DNA from: a virus
Lineage: Duplodnaviria; Caudoviricetes
Direction: 5' to 3' (one strand)
IMG/VR virus record: IMGVR_UViG_3300023174_000172
Location: 1 to 62,125 of that record
Length of the DNA: 62,125 nt
The translations under genes and the position numbers were made by a program. The notes under the pieces are model-generated. The model was not told the origin of the DNA, made no database searches, and worked only from the letters and a program-made list of their open reading frames with translations. Positions 30,780-41,403 of this stretch are shown piece by piece. Position 1 is the stretch's first letter. Each line of letters opens with the position of its first letter.

Positions 30780-33700
30780 ATGAGCAATAGATACCATTCC
30801 AAATACCATAGAAGAAATCACCACACATATTCAAATATAAACATTCCTGATGCGGGACACGATCCTATAGCAAGTATAGCAGAACCGTTTTTAGGGGAAT
30901 TTATATTATCAGGATCTTTAAGTGCTGTAGCACCTTTAAGTTCTTATGCAGCACATTTTTATTCAAATAATACTGCAATTTGCGCTATTGGGGGATATGA
31001 AGGCATTTTTGTAAAAGGATCAAATGACGGTATTCAAGTTTTTTCTGAAAATTTAGCAATTTCATCGTATTCTTTAAAACTTGCTGGAAGTTTTGCCTCT
31101 CCGGTTAGAGCTATTTCTGCTAATGGTAACTTCATTGGTGCTGATATTTATTCTAATAATGTTTCTATCTCATCATTCGGTAAAAATATTGGACTAGAGG
31201 TTGCATCAAACAATAGAGCTATCTCTGCTAATGGTAACTTCATTGGTCTAGAAGTTGTATCTCCTGTTAGAGCTATTTCTGCTAATGGTAATATTTTAGG
31301 TGCTGATATTTATTCTAATAATGTTTCTATCTCTTCTTTTGGTAAAAATATTGGTCTAGAAGTAGCCTCTAATTTTAGAGCTATTTCTGCTAATGGTAAC
31401 TTCATTGGTGCTGATATTTATTCTAATAATGTTTCTATCTCTTCTTTTGGTAAAAATATAGGATTAGAGGTTGCATCAAACAATAGAGCTATCTCTGCTA
31501 ATGGTAACTTCATTGGTGCTGATATATACTCTAACAATGTTTCTATATCATCTTTTGGTAAAAATATTGGTCTAGAAGTAGCCTCTAATTTTAGAGCTAT
31601 TTCTGCTAATGGTAATATTTTAGGTGCTGATATTTATTCTAATAATGTTTCTATCTCTTCTTTTGGTAAAAATATAGGATTAGAGGTTGCATCAAACAAT
31701 AGAGCTATTTCTGCTAATGGTAATTTTATTGGTATAGAAGTTGCCTCTCCGGTTAGAGCTATCTCTGCTAATGGTAACTTCATTGGTGCTGATATATACT
31801 CTAACAATGTTTCTATATCATCTTTTGGTAAAAATATAGGATTAGAGGTTGCATCAAACAATCGAGCTATTTCTGCTAATGGTATAACAGTAGCAATAGA
31901 GGCTTATAGTTTAAACACTCCTCTTTCAACAGCATATGGAAATAATATTATGCACGGTAGAGTGGGTATTAACAATAATGCCCCTACCAAGGCATTAGAT
32001 TTATTAGGAGATACTAATTTTGACGGAAACGTTACAATTACCGGAAATCTTTCAACGTTAGGATATGTAACTAGACTTGATACATATGTAGTAATAACAA
32101 GTGCTGTTGATATTTACAATAAAGGCACAGGACCAGCCTTAACAGTTACACAAGAAGGAAATCAACCAATAGCACATTTTATAGATTCTAATGGCGATGA
32201 TATTGTTTTTGCCGATGATGGTAAATTGGGATTAGGAACATATACACCAGAAGCAAATATTCATATAGTAGAATCTACCCAAATACCAGAAGTTAGAATA
32301 CAATCTTTAATTGATGCATATAATCCAGTGTTAAGATTGGCGGGAAATTCGGGGTTAAATGCTGAAGGATTTTACATACAATATGATAATTTTTACGGTG
32401 ACACATATTTTAAAAATATATATCACAACGCAACACTAAATAAAGCATTTCATTTTCAAACCGGATATAATACTACCACAGAAGCTCTTACAATAAAATC
32501 TACAGGTCAAGTAGGTATTTTAACAACAGAGCCGACAGAATCATTGACCGTAAATGGAAATATTAGTACAAATGGTAACATATTAGTAAATGATTCTAAA
32601 TTTATTCAATTTGGTTATAATTATGGAGCAAATGATTACGGTTTAATTAAATTTGACTTTACTGATGACGGTAACTCTAGATTAATTTTTCAAACCGGAG
32701 ATAATGGAAATGAACCTCTTGTATTTAGACAATATAATAATTCTACACCATATAATAGACTGATTATAGGAACCGATGGTAGGGTAGGCATAGGAACTAA
32801 TACTTCTACAACAATCGAAACCTTTCCGCAACAACTAACAGTTTATGGCGGCATCAGTGCAACCGAAGAAGGATATTTTGATAAAGTCAATATAAATAAA
32901 GGAACGGTAACACAACCATCATTAAAATTTCAAACAGATTCTAATACAGGTATATTTTCACCAGCCGATGATACCTTTTCAATAACCACAAATGGTTCTG
33001 AAAAAGTTAGAGTATCACAAAAAGGAGACGTTCTTTTAGATACTTATATATATCCACCAACTTCATATAATAATAGTAATTATAAAGTATTACATATGGC
33101 CTCTCCGGTTTCTAATGGAAGCACTGTTGTTTCTTTAGCATCTCTCGGCAACAATACATCTTTTATCGGAACACTATCGTCTACTGGTATGGTAATAGGA
33201 ACCGAAACCCAAAATATAGATTTTAAATCTGGAATGGTTTATGCCAGTAATGATATTTTAAATACAGGAACTTCTCGTCTTTCTATTAAAAATGGTAATA
33301 TCGGTATCGGAACAAATAATCCAGTCGAAAAATTAACCATAGTTGGCAATATCAGCACAACCGGAAAAATTAATGATAAATGGTTCGATCCATTAGATTT
33401 TAGTTATGTTTCACTAAGAGAAGAATTTGGAACTGGTGGTACTACATCAGGAACAATAGGTCAATTAGGATGGAATATCGCAGGAACCGGAGTAACTATT
33501 GAAAACAGTTTTAGTAATACTTTTCATAGTATACCTTTTTCTTTATATATAAGAACTCCTGCGAGTATAATAACTCCAAATTTAGTAGTAGGTTCTTTGA
33601 GCTTAGGAAATATCCCAGCATTTACCGGACAAGGACTAGCAACAAACAGTTCTTACAAAACAAAAACGGCTGGTCTTGTTTACCATGAAATTGCAAACAA

Positions 33701-35066
33701 AATTGCTTGGTCATTACAATATAGCGCAGACCGAACATATGATAAAATAACCTTACCATATTCGTTTGGCGTAAGATATATCCCTAGATCAAGTGCGGCA
33801 TGGTCAACCCCAACATCTTACTCTATAGGTGATAATATAAGACCAACCTCACAAAATGGATTTAAATACATAACAACAACAGCTGGATCTAGCTATGCAT
33901 CTTATCCAGAACCAACATGGCCTACCACATTTAAAGACACTGTTATAGGATATCCGTCTATATGGGCAAGTACTACAAGTTATGCTACGAATTATTACGT
34001 TAGACCAACAGTAGTTAATGCTTACAAATATAAAAATATAGTAACCGGAACAACTACTTCCAATGGATCACAACCAACATGGCCTACATCGGTTGGTCAA
34101 CTTGTTGCTGATACTAATATATCTATATGGGTTACAACTAATTCATATTCTCTTAATTCTGTAGTTAGACCCACAGCAGTTACTTCAGGTGGCTACAAAT
34201 ATGTTAACCAAGTAACCGGAACAACTACTTCCAATGGATCACAACCAACATGGCCTACTAATATAGGAGATTTGATTGCTGATACTAGTATATCTATTTG
34301 GGCTACAACTAATTCTTATTCTCTCAGTTCTGTAGTCAGACCTACTGTAGTTACTTCTGGTGGTTACAAGTATGTTAATGCTGTAACCGGAACAACTACT
34401 TCTAATGGATCACAACCAACATGGCCTACATCGGTTGGTCAGCTTGTTGCCGATACTAGTATATCTACTTTCACTCCTTCTATAGCATATTCCGTAAATA
34501 ATTATGTCAGACCTACCGTAGTTACTTCAGGGGGGTTTAAATATAAATGTACTGTCGGTGGTACAGCAGGAGCAGAACCCGTATGGCCTACAGTAGTAGG
34601 AAATACTGTTACTTCCGGTGCAACAACATGGATATGTGAAGCTGGTGGCTATCCTGTATGGCAAACACAGGCTGGTGGCTATCCTGTATGGCAAACACAG
34701 GCTGGTGGCTATCCTGTATGGATTACCGAAGCAGCTGATTATGCTACATGGGTTAATGCTGGCGCGGACGGAAGATCTGATGGAAAATTTGAATTTTTTA
34801 TTACAGGTGCAAATGCCGAAACTAATATTACAACATACCCATCAACAATTTCGTCCGACACATCAAAATATTGTAAGATATCAATTAGATTTTCGAGTAA
34901 TATCGTTAATTTTAGTATAAACGGAGAAAATGAAATATCACATAATATAGGTACTGATTATAATGTCCACCCATCGTTTAATACTAGAAATGATGGAGCA
35001 TATCAATATCCAGATTTTTATATTAAAAAATGGGCATTATATTCAGATGGATGGAATGAGTTTTAA
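30780..35066 (+). CDS. Tail fibre/spike protein with 18-aa repeats and nested CBM-like domains
   Basis: G.VGIGT..P...L.V.GNIS fibre motifs, RAISANGNFIG repeats, EPTWPT domains. Confidence 0.8.
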   Translation: MSNRYHSKYHRRNHHTYSNINIPDAGHDPIASIAEPFLGEFILSGSLSAVAPLSSYAAHFYSNNTAICAIGGYEGIFVKGSNDGIQVFSENLAISSYSLKLAGSFASPVRAISANGNFIGADIYSNNVSISSFGKNIGLEVASNNRAISANGNFIGLEVVSPVRAISANGNILGADIYSNNVSISSFGKNIGLEVASNFRAISANGNFIGADIYSNNVSISSFGKNIGLEVASNNRAISANGNFIGADIYSNNVSISSFGKNIGLEVASNFRAISANGNILGADIYSNNVSISSFGKNIGLEVASNNRAISANGNFIGIEVASPVRAISANGNFIGADIYSNNVSISSFGKNIGLEVASNNRAISANGITVAIEAYSLNTPLSTAYGNNIMHGRVGINNNAPTKALDLLGDTNFDGNVTITGNLSTLGYVTRLDTYVVITSAVDIYNKGTGPALTVTQEGNQPIAHFIDSNGDDIVFADDGKLGLGTYTPEANIHIVESTQIPEVRIQSLIDAYNPVLRLAGNSGLNAEGFYIQYDNFYGDTYFKNIYHNATLNKAFHFQTGYNTTTEALTIKSTGQVGILTTEPTESLTVNGNISTNGNILVNDSKFIQFGYNYGANDYGLIKFDFTDDGNSRLIFQTGDNGNEPLVFRQYNNSTPYNRLIIGTDGRVGIGTNTSTTIETFPQQLTVYGGISATEEGYFDKVNINKGTVTQPSLKFQTDSNTGIFSPADDTFSITTNGSEKVRVSQKGDVLLDTYIYPPTSYNNSNYKVLHMASPVSNGSTVVSLASLGNNTSFIGTLSSTGMVIGTETQNIDFKSGMVYASNDILNTGTSRLSIKNGNIGIGTNNPVEKLTIVGNISTTGKINDKWFDPLDFSYVSLREEFGTGGTTSGTIGQLGWNIAGTGVTIENSFSNTFHSIPFSLYIRTPASIITPNLVVGSLSLGNIPAFTGQGLATNSSYKTKTAGLVYHEIANKIAWSLQYSADRTYDKITLPYSFGVRYIPRSSAAWSTPTSYSIGDNIRPTSQNGFKYITTTAGSSYASYPEPTWPTTFKDTVIGYPSIWASTTSYATNYYVRPTVVNAYKYKNIVTGTTTSNGSQPTWPTSVGQLVADTNISIWVTTNSYSLNSVVRPTAVTSGGYKYVNQVTGTTTSNGSQPTWPTNIGDLIADTSISIWATTNSYSLSSVVRPTVVTSGGYKYVNAVTGTTTSNGSQPTWPTSVGQLVADTSISTFTPSIAYSVNNYVRPTVVTSGGFKYKCTVGGTAGAEPVWPTVVGNTVTSGATTWICEAGGYPVWQTQAGGYPVWQTQAGGYPVWITEAADYATWVNAGADGRSDGKFEFFITGANAETNITTYPSTISSDTSKYCKISIRFSSNIVNFSINGENEISHNIGTDYNVHPSFNTRNDGAYQYPDFYIKKWALYSDGWNEF
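31090..31885 (+). repeat. 54/108-bp tandem coding repeat (18/36-aa period)
   Basis: RAISANGNFIGADIYSNN / VSISSFGKNIGLEVASNN units near-identical at DNA level. Confidence 0.92.
33790..34765 (+). repeat. Five ~55-aa W..Y..RPT..YKY..PTWPT units followed by 30-bp tandem repeats
   Basis: gtaaccggaacaactacttcYaatggatcacaaccaacatggcctac x3; gctggtggctatcctgtatggcaaacacag x2 plus a partial third copy at 34641-34720. Confidence 0.9.
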
Positions 35067-35084
35067 TAATAAAAAAAATAAAAA

Positions 35085-35690
35085 ATGATTAATGAAACAT
35101 TAATAGATATCAATAATGCTACATATGGACAAATTTTTGATTTTGTTTCACCATTAACATTAAATTTTTGTATATCTGGCTATATACCAACAAAAAAAAT
35201 ATGGAAGGTTGTATATGATTTCGGTGACGGTAACACAAAAACCCAAATATTAAATAATGCTACAGAATTTTTAAATTTAACAGCTTTACCGTATCAAAAC
35301 GAACCGGGTGATCCAAGAAACTATATAATAAAAAATCATTATTATTTTGAAGATGTAACAAATAAAATATATAACGTAAAAATTGATTTTTATAGAATAG
35401 GAGAAGAATTGCCACAAATTCTTAAATTTGATTTAAATTTAAGATTACCTATTTACAATTCTGCCGATTTACCATTAAAAAATTTTAAATTGGTAGGCAC
35501 TCGAATGTTTGGTATAGATAATAGAATGATTTATTTATTCGAAAGTCAAAAATATAACCATTTAATACCAGTATTGTTGGATTTCAATATTAAAAATACT
35601 CCCACCCCCACCCCCACTCCTACTCCTACTCCTACCCCTACACCAACTAGAATATATTCACATACATTTACACCAACGCCAACCCCGTAG
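35085..35690 (+). CDS. PKD-like structural protein ending in a PT tail
   Basis: VYDFGDG motif; C-terminal TPTPTPTP run. Confidence 0.65.
   Translation: MINETLIDINNATYGQIFDFVSPLTLNFCISGYIPTKKIWKVVYDFGDGNTKTQILNNATEFLNLTALPYQNEPGDPRNYIIKNHYYFEDVTNKIYNVKIDFYRIGEELPQILKFDLNLRLPIYNSADLPLKNFKLVGTRMFGIDNRMIYLFESQKYNHLIPVLLDFNIKNTPTPTPTPTPTPTPTPTRIYSHTFTPTPTP
35598..35687 (+). repeat. Thr/Pro mucin-like coding repeat 4
   Basis: (TP)n to the stop codon. Confidence 0.85.
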
Positions 35691-35693
35691 AGA

Positions 35694-36149
35694 TTAACAC
35701 ATTGATATTAAATAATTGGCTTTATTGATAGAAGAGTAAATTTCTTCTAGTGTATTATTTAATCCTGATTTTTCTTGGGAGGCTATAAAGGTTTTTAATT
35801 CTTCGGAGTTTAAAAGATTAGTTATTCCGTCGATCAAACTAAAATAACTGTTTTTATAGTCATCAGAACTTTCGGTAATTCTATTTTGACAGAAATTATC
35901 TAGAAATTCTTTGGTTAAAAAATTATTACAATTAGTTTTTGTTAATCCTATAATTTCTTCTTGAAATTTATCAAAAATATCTCCTAGACTATCGTATAAT
36001 TTACCATATATTTTATGTAGATTTATATTATTAGTAAATAAATGACATAATTTTAAATCAGAAAGAAAATCATTCAATTTTTGACAAAATGTAAAAGTTC
36101 CACTAGTTTCAACTTTTGCTGCTATATATGTTATTTCTAAAGTTTGCAT
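35694..36149 (-). CDS. Ferritin/Dps-like four-helix protein
   Basis: CHLFT....LHKIYGKLYD.L....DKFQEEIIG and LNN.LEEI...INK..YL pattern. Confidence 0.65.
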   Translation of the reverse strand: MQTLEITYIAAKVETSGTFTFCQKLNDFLSDLKLCHLFTNNINLHKIYGKLYDSLGDIFDKFQEEIIGLTKTNCNNFLTKEFLDNFCQNRITESSDDYKNSYFSLIDGITNLLNSEELKTFIASQEKSGLNNTLEEIYSSINKANYLISMC

Positions 36150-36652
36150 TATAATTTTTTATAGATTCTATTTACAAGTAATAAATTTTCGTGTTCGGTT
36201 CTAGACTCTGATACTAACATGTAATCTTTAAAAATATCAGAATTATTTGATTGTTGGATCAATGTCTCATTATTACTTTCTATTGATAATCCATCATTTT
36301 TTTCTATAGAAGAAGGCGATAGAATTTCTCTAGGTTCTTCTGTAATTTTATCAACAAAAGAATTTTCTTTTGCTATTTTTTCAAAATTTTTATTTAAAGA
36401 TTTATTATAAAAATCATCATTCTTAAAAAAAAGTCTCCAAAAAGGAATAGGAAACAAAAGATTTAGAGCGGTTCTACGATTTTGACATCTTGGGCAAGGT
36501 TCTAAATCTCCTGTAACTAAATATGTTATAGGCCCGATTAACTTTGAATGTAAAATAGCCGCGCAAACATCACCGATACCTTGAGCATATCTAATTTTTT
36601 TAAAATAAAAAAATTCTTTTTTATGATTAAAGTACGTTTTTAAATTTCTCAT
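36149..36652 (-). CDS. Hypothetical protein
   Basis: GIGDV...CPRCQNRR.ALN motif. Confidence 0.6.
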   Translation of the reverse strand: MRNLKTYFNHKKEFFYFKKIRYAQGIGDVCAAILHSKLIGPITYLVTGDLEPCPRCQNRRTALNLLFPIPFWRLFFKNDDFYNKSLNKNFEKIAKENSFVDKITEEPREILSPSSIEKNDGLSIESNNETLIQQSNNSDIFKDYMLVSESRTEHENLLLVNRIYKKL

Positions 36653-37055
36653 ATGTTTCTTCTTTCTTTTCTAACTTATCAAGATTTTTTAGATTTTCAA
36701 CTATATTATCATATTTTCCGAATAACGGTTGTAGTTCTAACCACATTTCTTTAAATTGTGGATCAAATAAATTTATATATTCCGATATTTTTCCTAATTG
36801 TCTAATACAAAGTAAATGACTTATTTCTGTATTATAAAGAGCCTTTGTTTTGTTAATAAAATCGGCCTCTAATTCAAATTCATTTAATTTTTGGGTTTCT
36901 ATTTTTTTTATAGAACCGTTTTCATAATTACCGTCCCAAAATTCTTTGTTTATATCAAAATCATCATCAATGTTACGATAATATTGAATGGATGGCGGTA
37001 ATTGATCAGAATATCCTATAAATTCCTTTCGATTATTAAAAAGTACAAACATCAA
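36627..37055 (-). CDS. Hypothetical protein, possible fibre assembly factor
   Basis: 142-aa ORF directly downstream of collar-domain gene. Confidence 0.55.
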   Translation of the reverse strand: MMFVLFNNRKEFIGYSDQLPPSIQYYRNIDDDFDINKEFWDGNYENGSIKKIETQKLNEFELEADFINKTKALYNTEISHLLCIRQLGKISEYINLFDPQFKEMWLELQPLFGKYDNIVENLKNLDKLEKKEETYEKFKNVL

Positions 37056-37061
37056 ATATAT

Positions 37062-37616
37062 TTAATATTTGATTATATAATGTAAAGCCACATTTTTTGG
37101 TCGAGTTTCTGTACCACCTTCACCGGAACCATCAGTGGCTGAATTTTTATAGGTATAAGGAGTTACCCAATTCCAACCAGTTTCATTGTTTCCGCCAACT
37201 TTAGTTTTTGATCCAAAATTAGCATACGTATCAACATAAGGATGCGAATGATTTTTAAATGCATCCCCTTGATAGCTTCTAATACCTCTACCGCTATCCA
37301 CACCTCTACCGCTATCCACACCTCTGATAAAAACACCTCTTAAATCAGGCACATTACTACCCACAATAGAAAATAAAATACTAAAATTATCTGTTTTACC
37401 TTGAACGGTTCCAACTGCATTTGGTATAGCCGATCCATCACACAAAAGCCATCCTTCGGGTATAGTGGTTCCAGCAAAAGCCATAACACAACCAGCAGGA
37501 ACAATCGAAAGACCTATTTTAGCCTTATAGGTTCTACCTGCTCTAGCTAGTGGTATTTCGTCTGATGCTGTAATATTACCAGCATCGGTTAATTCTGAAA
37601 TTTTTTTATTTGCCAT
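37062..37616 (-). CDS. Phage tail-collar domain protein
   Basis: VPAGCVMAFAG..IPEGWLLCDG, PDLRGVFIRG, HSH, ETRPKNVAL.YIIKY. Confidence 0.9.
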   Translation of the reverse strand: MANKKISELTDAGNITASDEIPLARAGRTYKAKIGLSIVPAGCVMAFAGTTIPEGWLLCDGSAIPNAVGTVQGKTDNFSILFSIVGSNVPDLRGVFIRGVDSGRGVDSGRGIRSYQGDAFKNHSHPYVDTYANFGSKTKVGGNNETGWNWVTPYTYKNSATDGSGEGGTETRPKNVALHYIIKY

Positions 37617-37641
37617 ATATTTAAATAATTACCTAAAAATA

Positions 37642-40554
37642 TTAAACATAATATTTAATTCTTATCATACCAGATCCACCATTGCCACCAACTTTTCCAT
37701 TATTAGTGGCATTTGTTCCTATTCCTGTTGTAGTATCGGTTATAGTTCTAGAACAAGCATCAGCGGTCCATTTTATTCTATATATACCCCAAACATAATA
37801 AGGATAGTAAGAGGTGCCTGGTGTAGTGCATCTAGTTACCGAACATCTCGCTCCACCAAAGTCTAAACCGCCACAATCATTATTCCCCTCACCACACAAA
37901 CCAGCCCATTTTCTTCTATTGTAACTTGATTCAGCTGATAAATCATAAGAATTACCATTCCAAGGTTTAGTAGTACCAACAAGGTCTTCCGATGCATAAT
38001 ACCAAGAATCGTGACCTTTTTTCCCACAGTTTGATAAACAATTTAAATTAAAATCTAAAATATTTTTAGATATGTTATTTTCCACCCATTTATCATTTTC
38101 TTTACAAATTCTACAAACATAACCAGTAGCTTGTTTTTCTTTGCTTTCCGCATAACAAGCATATTTTTCCACTCTCGAATTATTAATACTATAAGTTCCA
38201 GCCCAAGCAGATCCACCACCACCGCCCGTATTTGCTCCAGCACTAATACCATTGGAATTTTCGGTTTTAGCACCAGAACCACCACCAGTTCCAGCATTTC
38301 CATTTTTTCCCCCACCACTACCAGATTTTATTTCAGATATTAAAAATAATGGAGGCTGTATACCATTAACACCGTTAATATTTATATTTCCACCAGAAGA
38401 TCCATTGCCGTAATTACCGATACCACCAATACCACCAATACCGTTTACTATACCGCCCTTTCCGCCAGTAGCTTTTAAGGTTCCAAAATAACTATCTCCG
38501 CCATCTGTACCGTTTGTAACATAATCACTCGTTCCACCAGTTCCGACAATAACAGATATATTTTGACCCGAAGAAACAGTATAATTTTTTTCATAACTAA
38601 TACCTCCACCACCTCCACCACCACCGATCTGACCAGCACCACCACCACCACCAGCGATTACGGCAACTTCTACGGATTTAACATTATTAGGAACCGTCCA
38701 ATTAGTAGTACCAGATTTAGTAAAATCAACAATAACTTCTCTTGGTGTGGGTGTAGGGGTTACGGTAGGAGTTGATGTAGGTGTTGCAGTAGGAGTAGGG
38801 CTTGGGGTTGGTGTTAATGTGGGAGTATTAGTCGGCGTTCTAGTAGGAGTTGGACTAGGTGTAGGAGTTAAAGTTGGAGTATTAGTTGGTGTGGGAGTAA
38901 GTGTTGCGGTCGGTGTACTTGTTGGTGTATATGTAGGTACAGGTGTTTTAGTTGCAGTAGAAGTAGGAGTTGGTGTTAGTGTAGGAGTATTAGTCGGTGT
39001 TCTTGTCGGTGTTCTTGTCGGCGTATTAGTTGGTGTATTGGTTGGTGTAAGTGTAGGTGTATTTGTTGGGGTCGGTGTGATTGTAGGTGTATTGGTCGGA
39101 GTTGGTGTTGGTGTTTTAGTTGGAACCAACGGTAAAGATGGTTCAACATAATTAAAAGGTTCACCGCAAATATTATTTTTTAAAACCCATTGATTGTTTA
39201 TTTTTTTAAATTTAAATGTGCATCCTTTAGATATAAAAACATCTTTTTTAATATAATGGGAAATCCATTGTTCCATTATAGGCCAAATAACATAACTAGG
39301 TAATAGAGTGGGAGTCGGTGTAGGGGTTGTTGTTGGTATTGGGGTAGAAGTAGGTCTTAGTGTTGTTGTGGGAGTAGGCGTAGGAGTACTAGTTGGTGTA
39401 ATATTAGAAACACCAGTTGGAGTAGGAGTACTTGTAGAAGTAGGTGTAGAAGTTGGTGCAATAGTAGGTCTTAAAGTATATGTTGGCGTAGGAGTGGGTG
39501 TAGATGTAGGGGTCGGGGTAGAAGTAAAAGTAGGAGTAGGCGTTATCGTGGGTGTTCCGGTTGGCGTAGGAGTGGGTGTAGATGTAGGCGGAAGCGATTC
39601 ATTATAAATTATTACAACTATACCAGAACCACCATTACCGGAACTAGCATTAACTGTTATTGCTGGTGTTATTAATGCGGGTGTTATATTTCTTGTACAT
39701 GTTTTTGCTTGTGTATATGAACAATCATAAGAAACTGTTTTAGACCAATCATATTCCTTACATCCACCGCCCTTACCAGAAGCACAACCTTTTTTAGTTT
39801 TACCATTTTTTTTATTAACACCCGAAGGACAATTATTTTTACAGTCAAATGTATATCCCCAACAATCGTCTATACATTTACCAGTTTCTTCTTTATTACA
39901 CGTTTTATGTACTTTATAAGAACAATCATAATTTTCGGTAGAAGGACCATAAACAGCAGCAGTAAAACTACCATTACCCGCGCCACCACCACCACCAGTA
40001 TTATTTAAACCGCCCGAACCATCAATTGTTAAACCCAATAATCCAGCAGCAGGAGGAACACCACCACCATTTCCTCCCCCACCACTTCCACCCAAAGAAC
40101 GACTTCCGCCACCACCACCAGAACAATTTAATACAATTTTTTCTAAAAGTCCGGTTATATTATAACCATTATTACCAACCTTTAAATAATCACCGCCAGC
40201 ACTTCCATTTCTATAATTTCCGATTCCACCTAAACCACCACTTCCGACCAATTTTCCACCCTTACCGCCAGTAGATATTAATGTTCCGAATTTGCTGGAT
40301 TCTCCGTCATTGCCATCAGCACCACTAGCTATACCAGAATTACCACCATTACCAACAATCACCGAAATAATTTGACCAGATGTAACAGGATATGCTTTTT
40401 GATAAGATATACCACCACCTCCACCCCCGCCACCTTGACGACCAGAAGCACCACCACCCCCAGCAACAACAATTACATCAACAGAAGTTACATTAGCCGG
40501 AACACTCCAATTTATTGTTCCCACATTTTTAAATTCTATTGTTTGTATTGCCAT
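37642..40554 (-). CDS. Structural protein with two glycine-rich domains carrying Cys-rich inserts, joined by two PT stalks
   Basis: Duplicated W.VP.NV.SV.V....[20 protein letters not shown] domain. Confidence 0.78.
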   Translation of the reverse strand: MAIQTIEFKNVGTINWSVPANVTSVDVIVVAGGGGASGRQGGGGGGGGISYQKAYPVTSGQIISVIVGNGGNSGIASGADGNDGESSKFGTLISTGGKGGKLVGSGGLGGIGNYRNGSAGGDYLKVGNNGYNITGLLEKIVLNCSGGGGGSRSLGGSGGGGNGGGVPPAAGLLGLTIDGSGGLNNTGGGGGAGNGSFTAAVYGPSTENYDCSYKVHKTCNKEETGKCIDDCWGYTFDCKNNCPSGVNKKNGKTKKGCASGKGGGCKEYDWSKTVSYDCSYTQAKTCTRNITPALITPAITVNASSGNGGSGIVVIIYNESLPPTSTPTPTPTGTPTITPTPTFTSTPTPTSTPTPTPTYTLRPTIAPTSTPTSTSTPTPTGVSNITPTSTPTPTPTTTLRPTSTPIPTTTPTPTPTLLPSYVIWPIMEQWISHYIKKDVFISKGCTFKFKKINNQWVLKNNICGEPFNYVEPSLPLVPTKTPTPTPTNTPTITPTPTNTPTLTPTNTPTNTPTRTPTRTPTNTPTLTPTPTSTATKTPVPTYTPTSTPTATLTPTPTNTPTLTPTPSPTPTRTPTNTPTLTPTPSPTPTATPTSTPTVTPTPTPREVIVDFTKSGTTNWTVPNNVKSVEVAVIAGGGGGAGQIGGGGGGGGISYEKNYTVSSGQNISVIVGTGGTSDYVTNGTDGGDSYFGTLKATGGKGGIVNGIGGIGGIGNYGNGSSGGNININGVNGIQPPLFLISEIKSGSGGGKNGNAGTGGGSGAKTENSNGISAGANTGGGGGSAWAGTYSINNSRVEKYACYAESKEKQATGYVCRICKENDKWVENNISKNILDFNLNCLSNCGKKGHDSWYYASEDLVGTTKPWNGNSYDLSAESSYNRRKWAGLCGEGNNDCGGLDFGGARCSVTRCTTPGTSYYPYYVWGIYRIKWTADACSRTITDTTTGIGTNATNNGKVGGNGGSGMIRIKYYV
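38742..39126 (-). repeat. Thr/Pro mucin-like coding repeat 5
   Basis: About 125-aa PT tract. Confidence 0.9.
39299..39595 (-). repeat. Thr/Pro mucin-like coding repeat 6
   Basis: About 95-aa PT tract. Confidence 0.9.
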
Positions 40555-40563
40555 GAGTTGAAA

Positions 40564-40571
40564 TATTTATA
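40564..40571 (-). promoter_or_regulatory. T4-like late promoter
   Basis: TATAAATA on minus strand 9 nt before ATG at 40554. Confidence 0.7.
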
Positions 40572-40584
40572 TCTTTTTTATATT

Positions 40585-41403
40585 TTACAATATTATATAA
40601 TCATCATCAGGATCACTATCATCAATTCCTAATATTCCATCATTTATATCTTCTTCCATAGCCAAAGCAACAATTGGTGTAGGTGTTATGGTTGGTGTAT
40701 TTGTCGGTGTTGGTGTTGGTGTATTTGTCGGTGTTGGTGTTGGTGTATTTGTCGGTGTTGGTGTTGGAGAGCCAGTAGGCGTTGGTGATGGTGTTGGAGA
40801 GCCAGTAGGCGTTGGTGATGGTGTTATTGTCGGTGTATTTGTTGGTGTAGGAGTACCTGTAGGTGTTGATGTAGGAGTAGGAGTCGGTGTTATATTAGGA
40901 TCAGGATTTCCGTCTGCTCTCCATGCTACGTTTATAAAATCTGATGTAGAATTATATAATAAAAATTGTACATTAATAACATCTCCTTCATTATAGTTTT
41001 CAACCGAAAAATTTTTATTTAAATAATTTCGAGCTGTTTCTATTAATGCATTATTGTCAACAGTTTTTAAATAAAAATCCTTAATATTATTATAAGAATC
41101 TGATAAAAAATTTATAGGATATTGAACCGTAATCTCGGTCTTATCCCAATAAGAACTTAATATATTTGTTGCGGTATAACATCTTTGATATTCATCAGGA
41201 TCATCAAAAACATTTATAGAATCCAAAACGTTTAAAAACTTCGATGAGAATGCTAAAAAATTTGTGAATAAACTATTATTTCCTTCAAAATATTTATTTA
41301 TTAAATTACAAGTTTGAATATCAAGATTTGAAAAATTATAATTTAATTTTCCAAGAGAATTTCCAACAGAATCATCTTCATATATGTTATGGCTATATAT
41401 CAT
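40585..41403 (-). CDS. Structural protein, paralog family member 3, with PT tail and acidic end
   Basis: [15 protein letters not shown]-terminal motif shared with the two upstream genes. Confidence 0.7.
   Translation of the reverse strand: MIYSHNIYEDDSVGNSLGKLNYNFSNLDIQTCNLINKYFEGNNSLFTNFLAFSSKFLNVLDSINVFDDPDEYQRCYTATNILSSYWDKTEITVQYPINFLSDSYNNIKDFYLKTVDNNALIETARNYLNKNFSVENYNEGDVINVQFLLYNSTSDFINVAWRADGNPDPNITPTPTPTSTPTGTPTPTNTPTITPSPTPTGSPTPSPTPTGSPTPTPTNTPTPTPTNTPTPTPTNTPTITPTPIVALAMEEDINDGILGIDDSDPDDDYIIL
40675..40900 (-). repeat. Thr/Pro mucin-like coding repeat 7
   Basis: Exact 24-bp tandem duplications ([16 protein letters not shown]-type units). Confidence 0.9.

Noticed and set aside
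31090-31885. Possible CRISPR array (also 54284-54500)
   Set aside because: Repeats are in-frame coding units with no unique spacers, and no cas genes are present.
40555-40587. Stop read-through fusing the 272-aa and 970-aa ORFs
   Set aside because: In frame but two TAA codons intervene and the downstream gene has its own TATAAATA.
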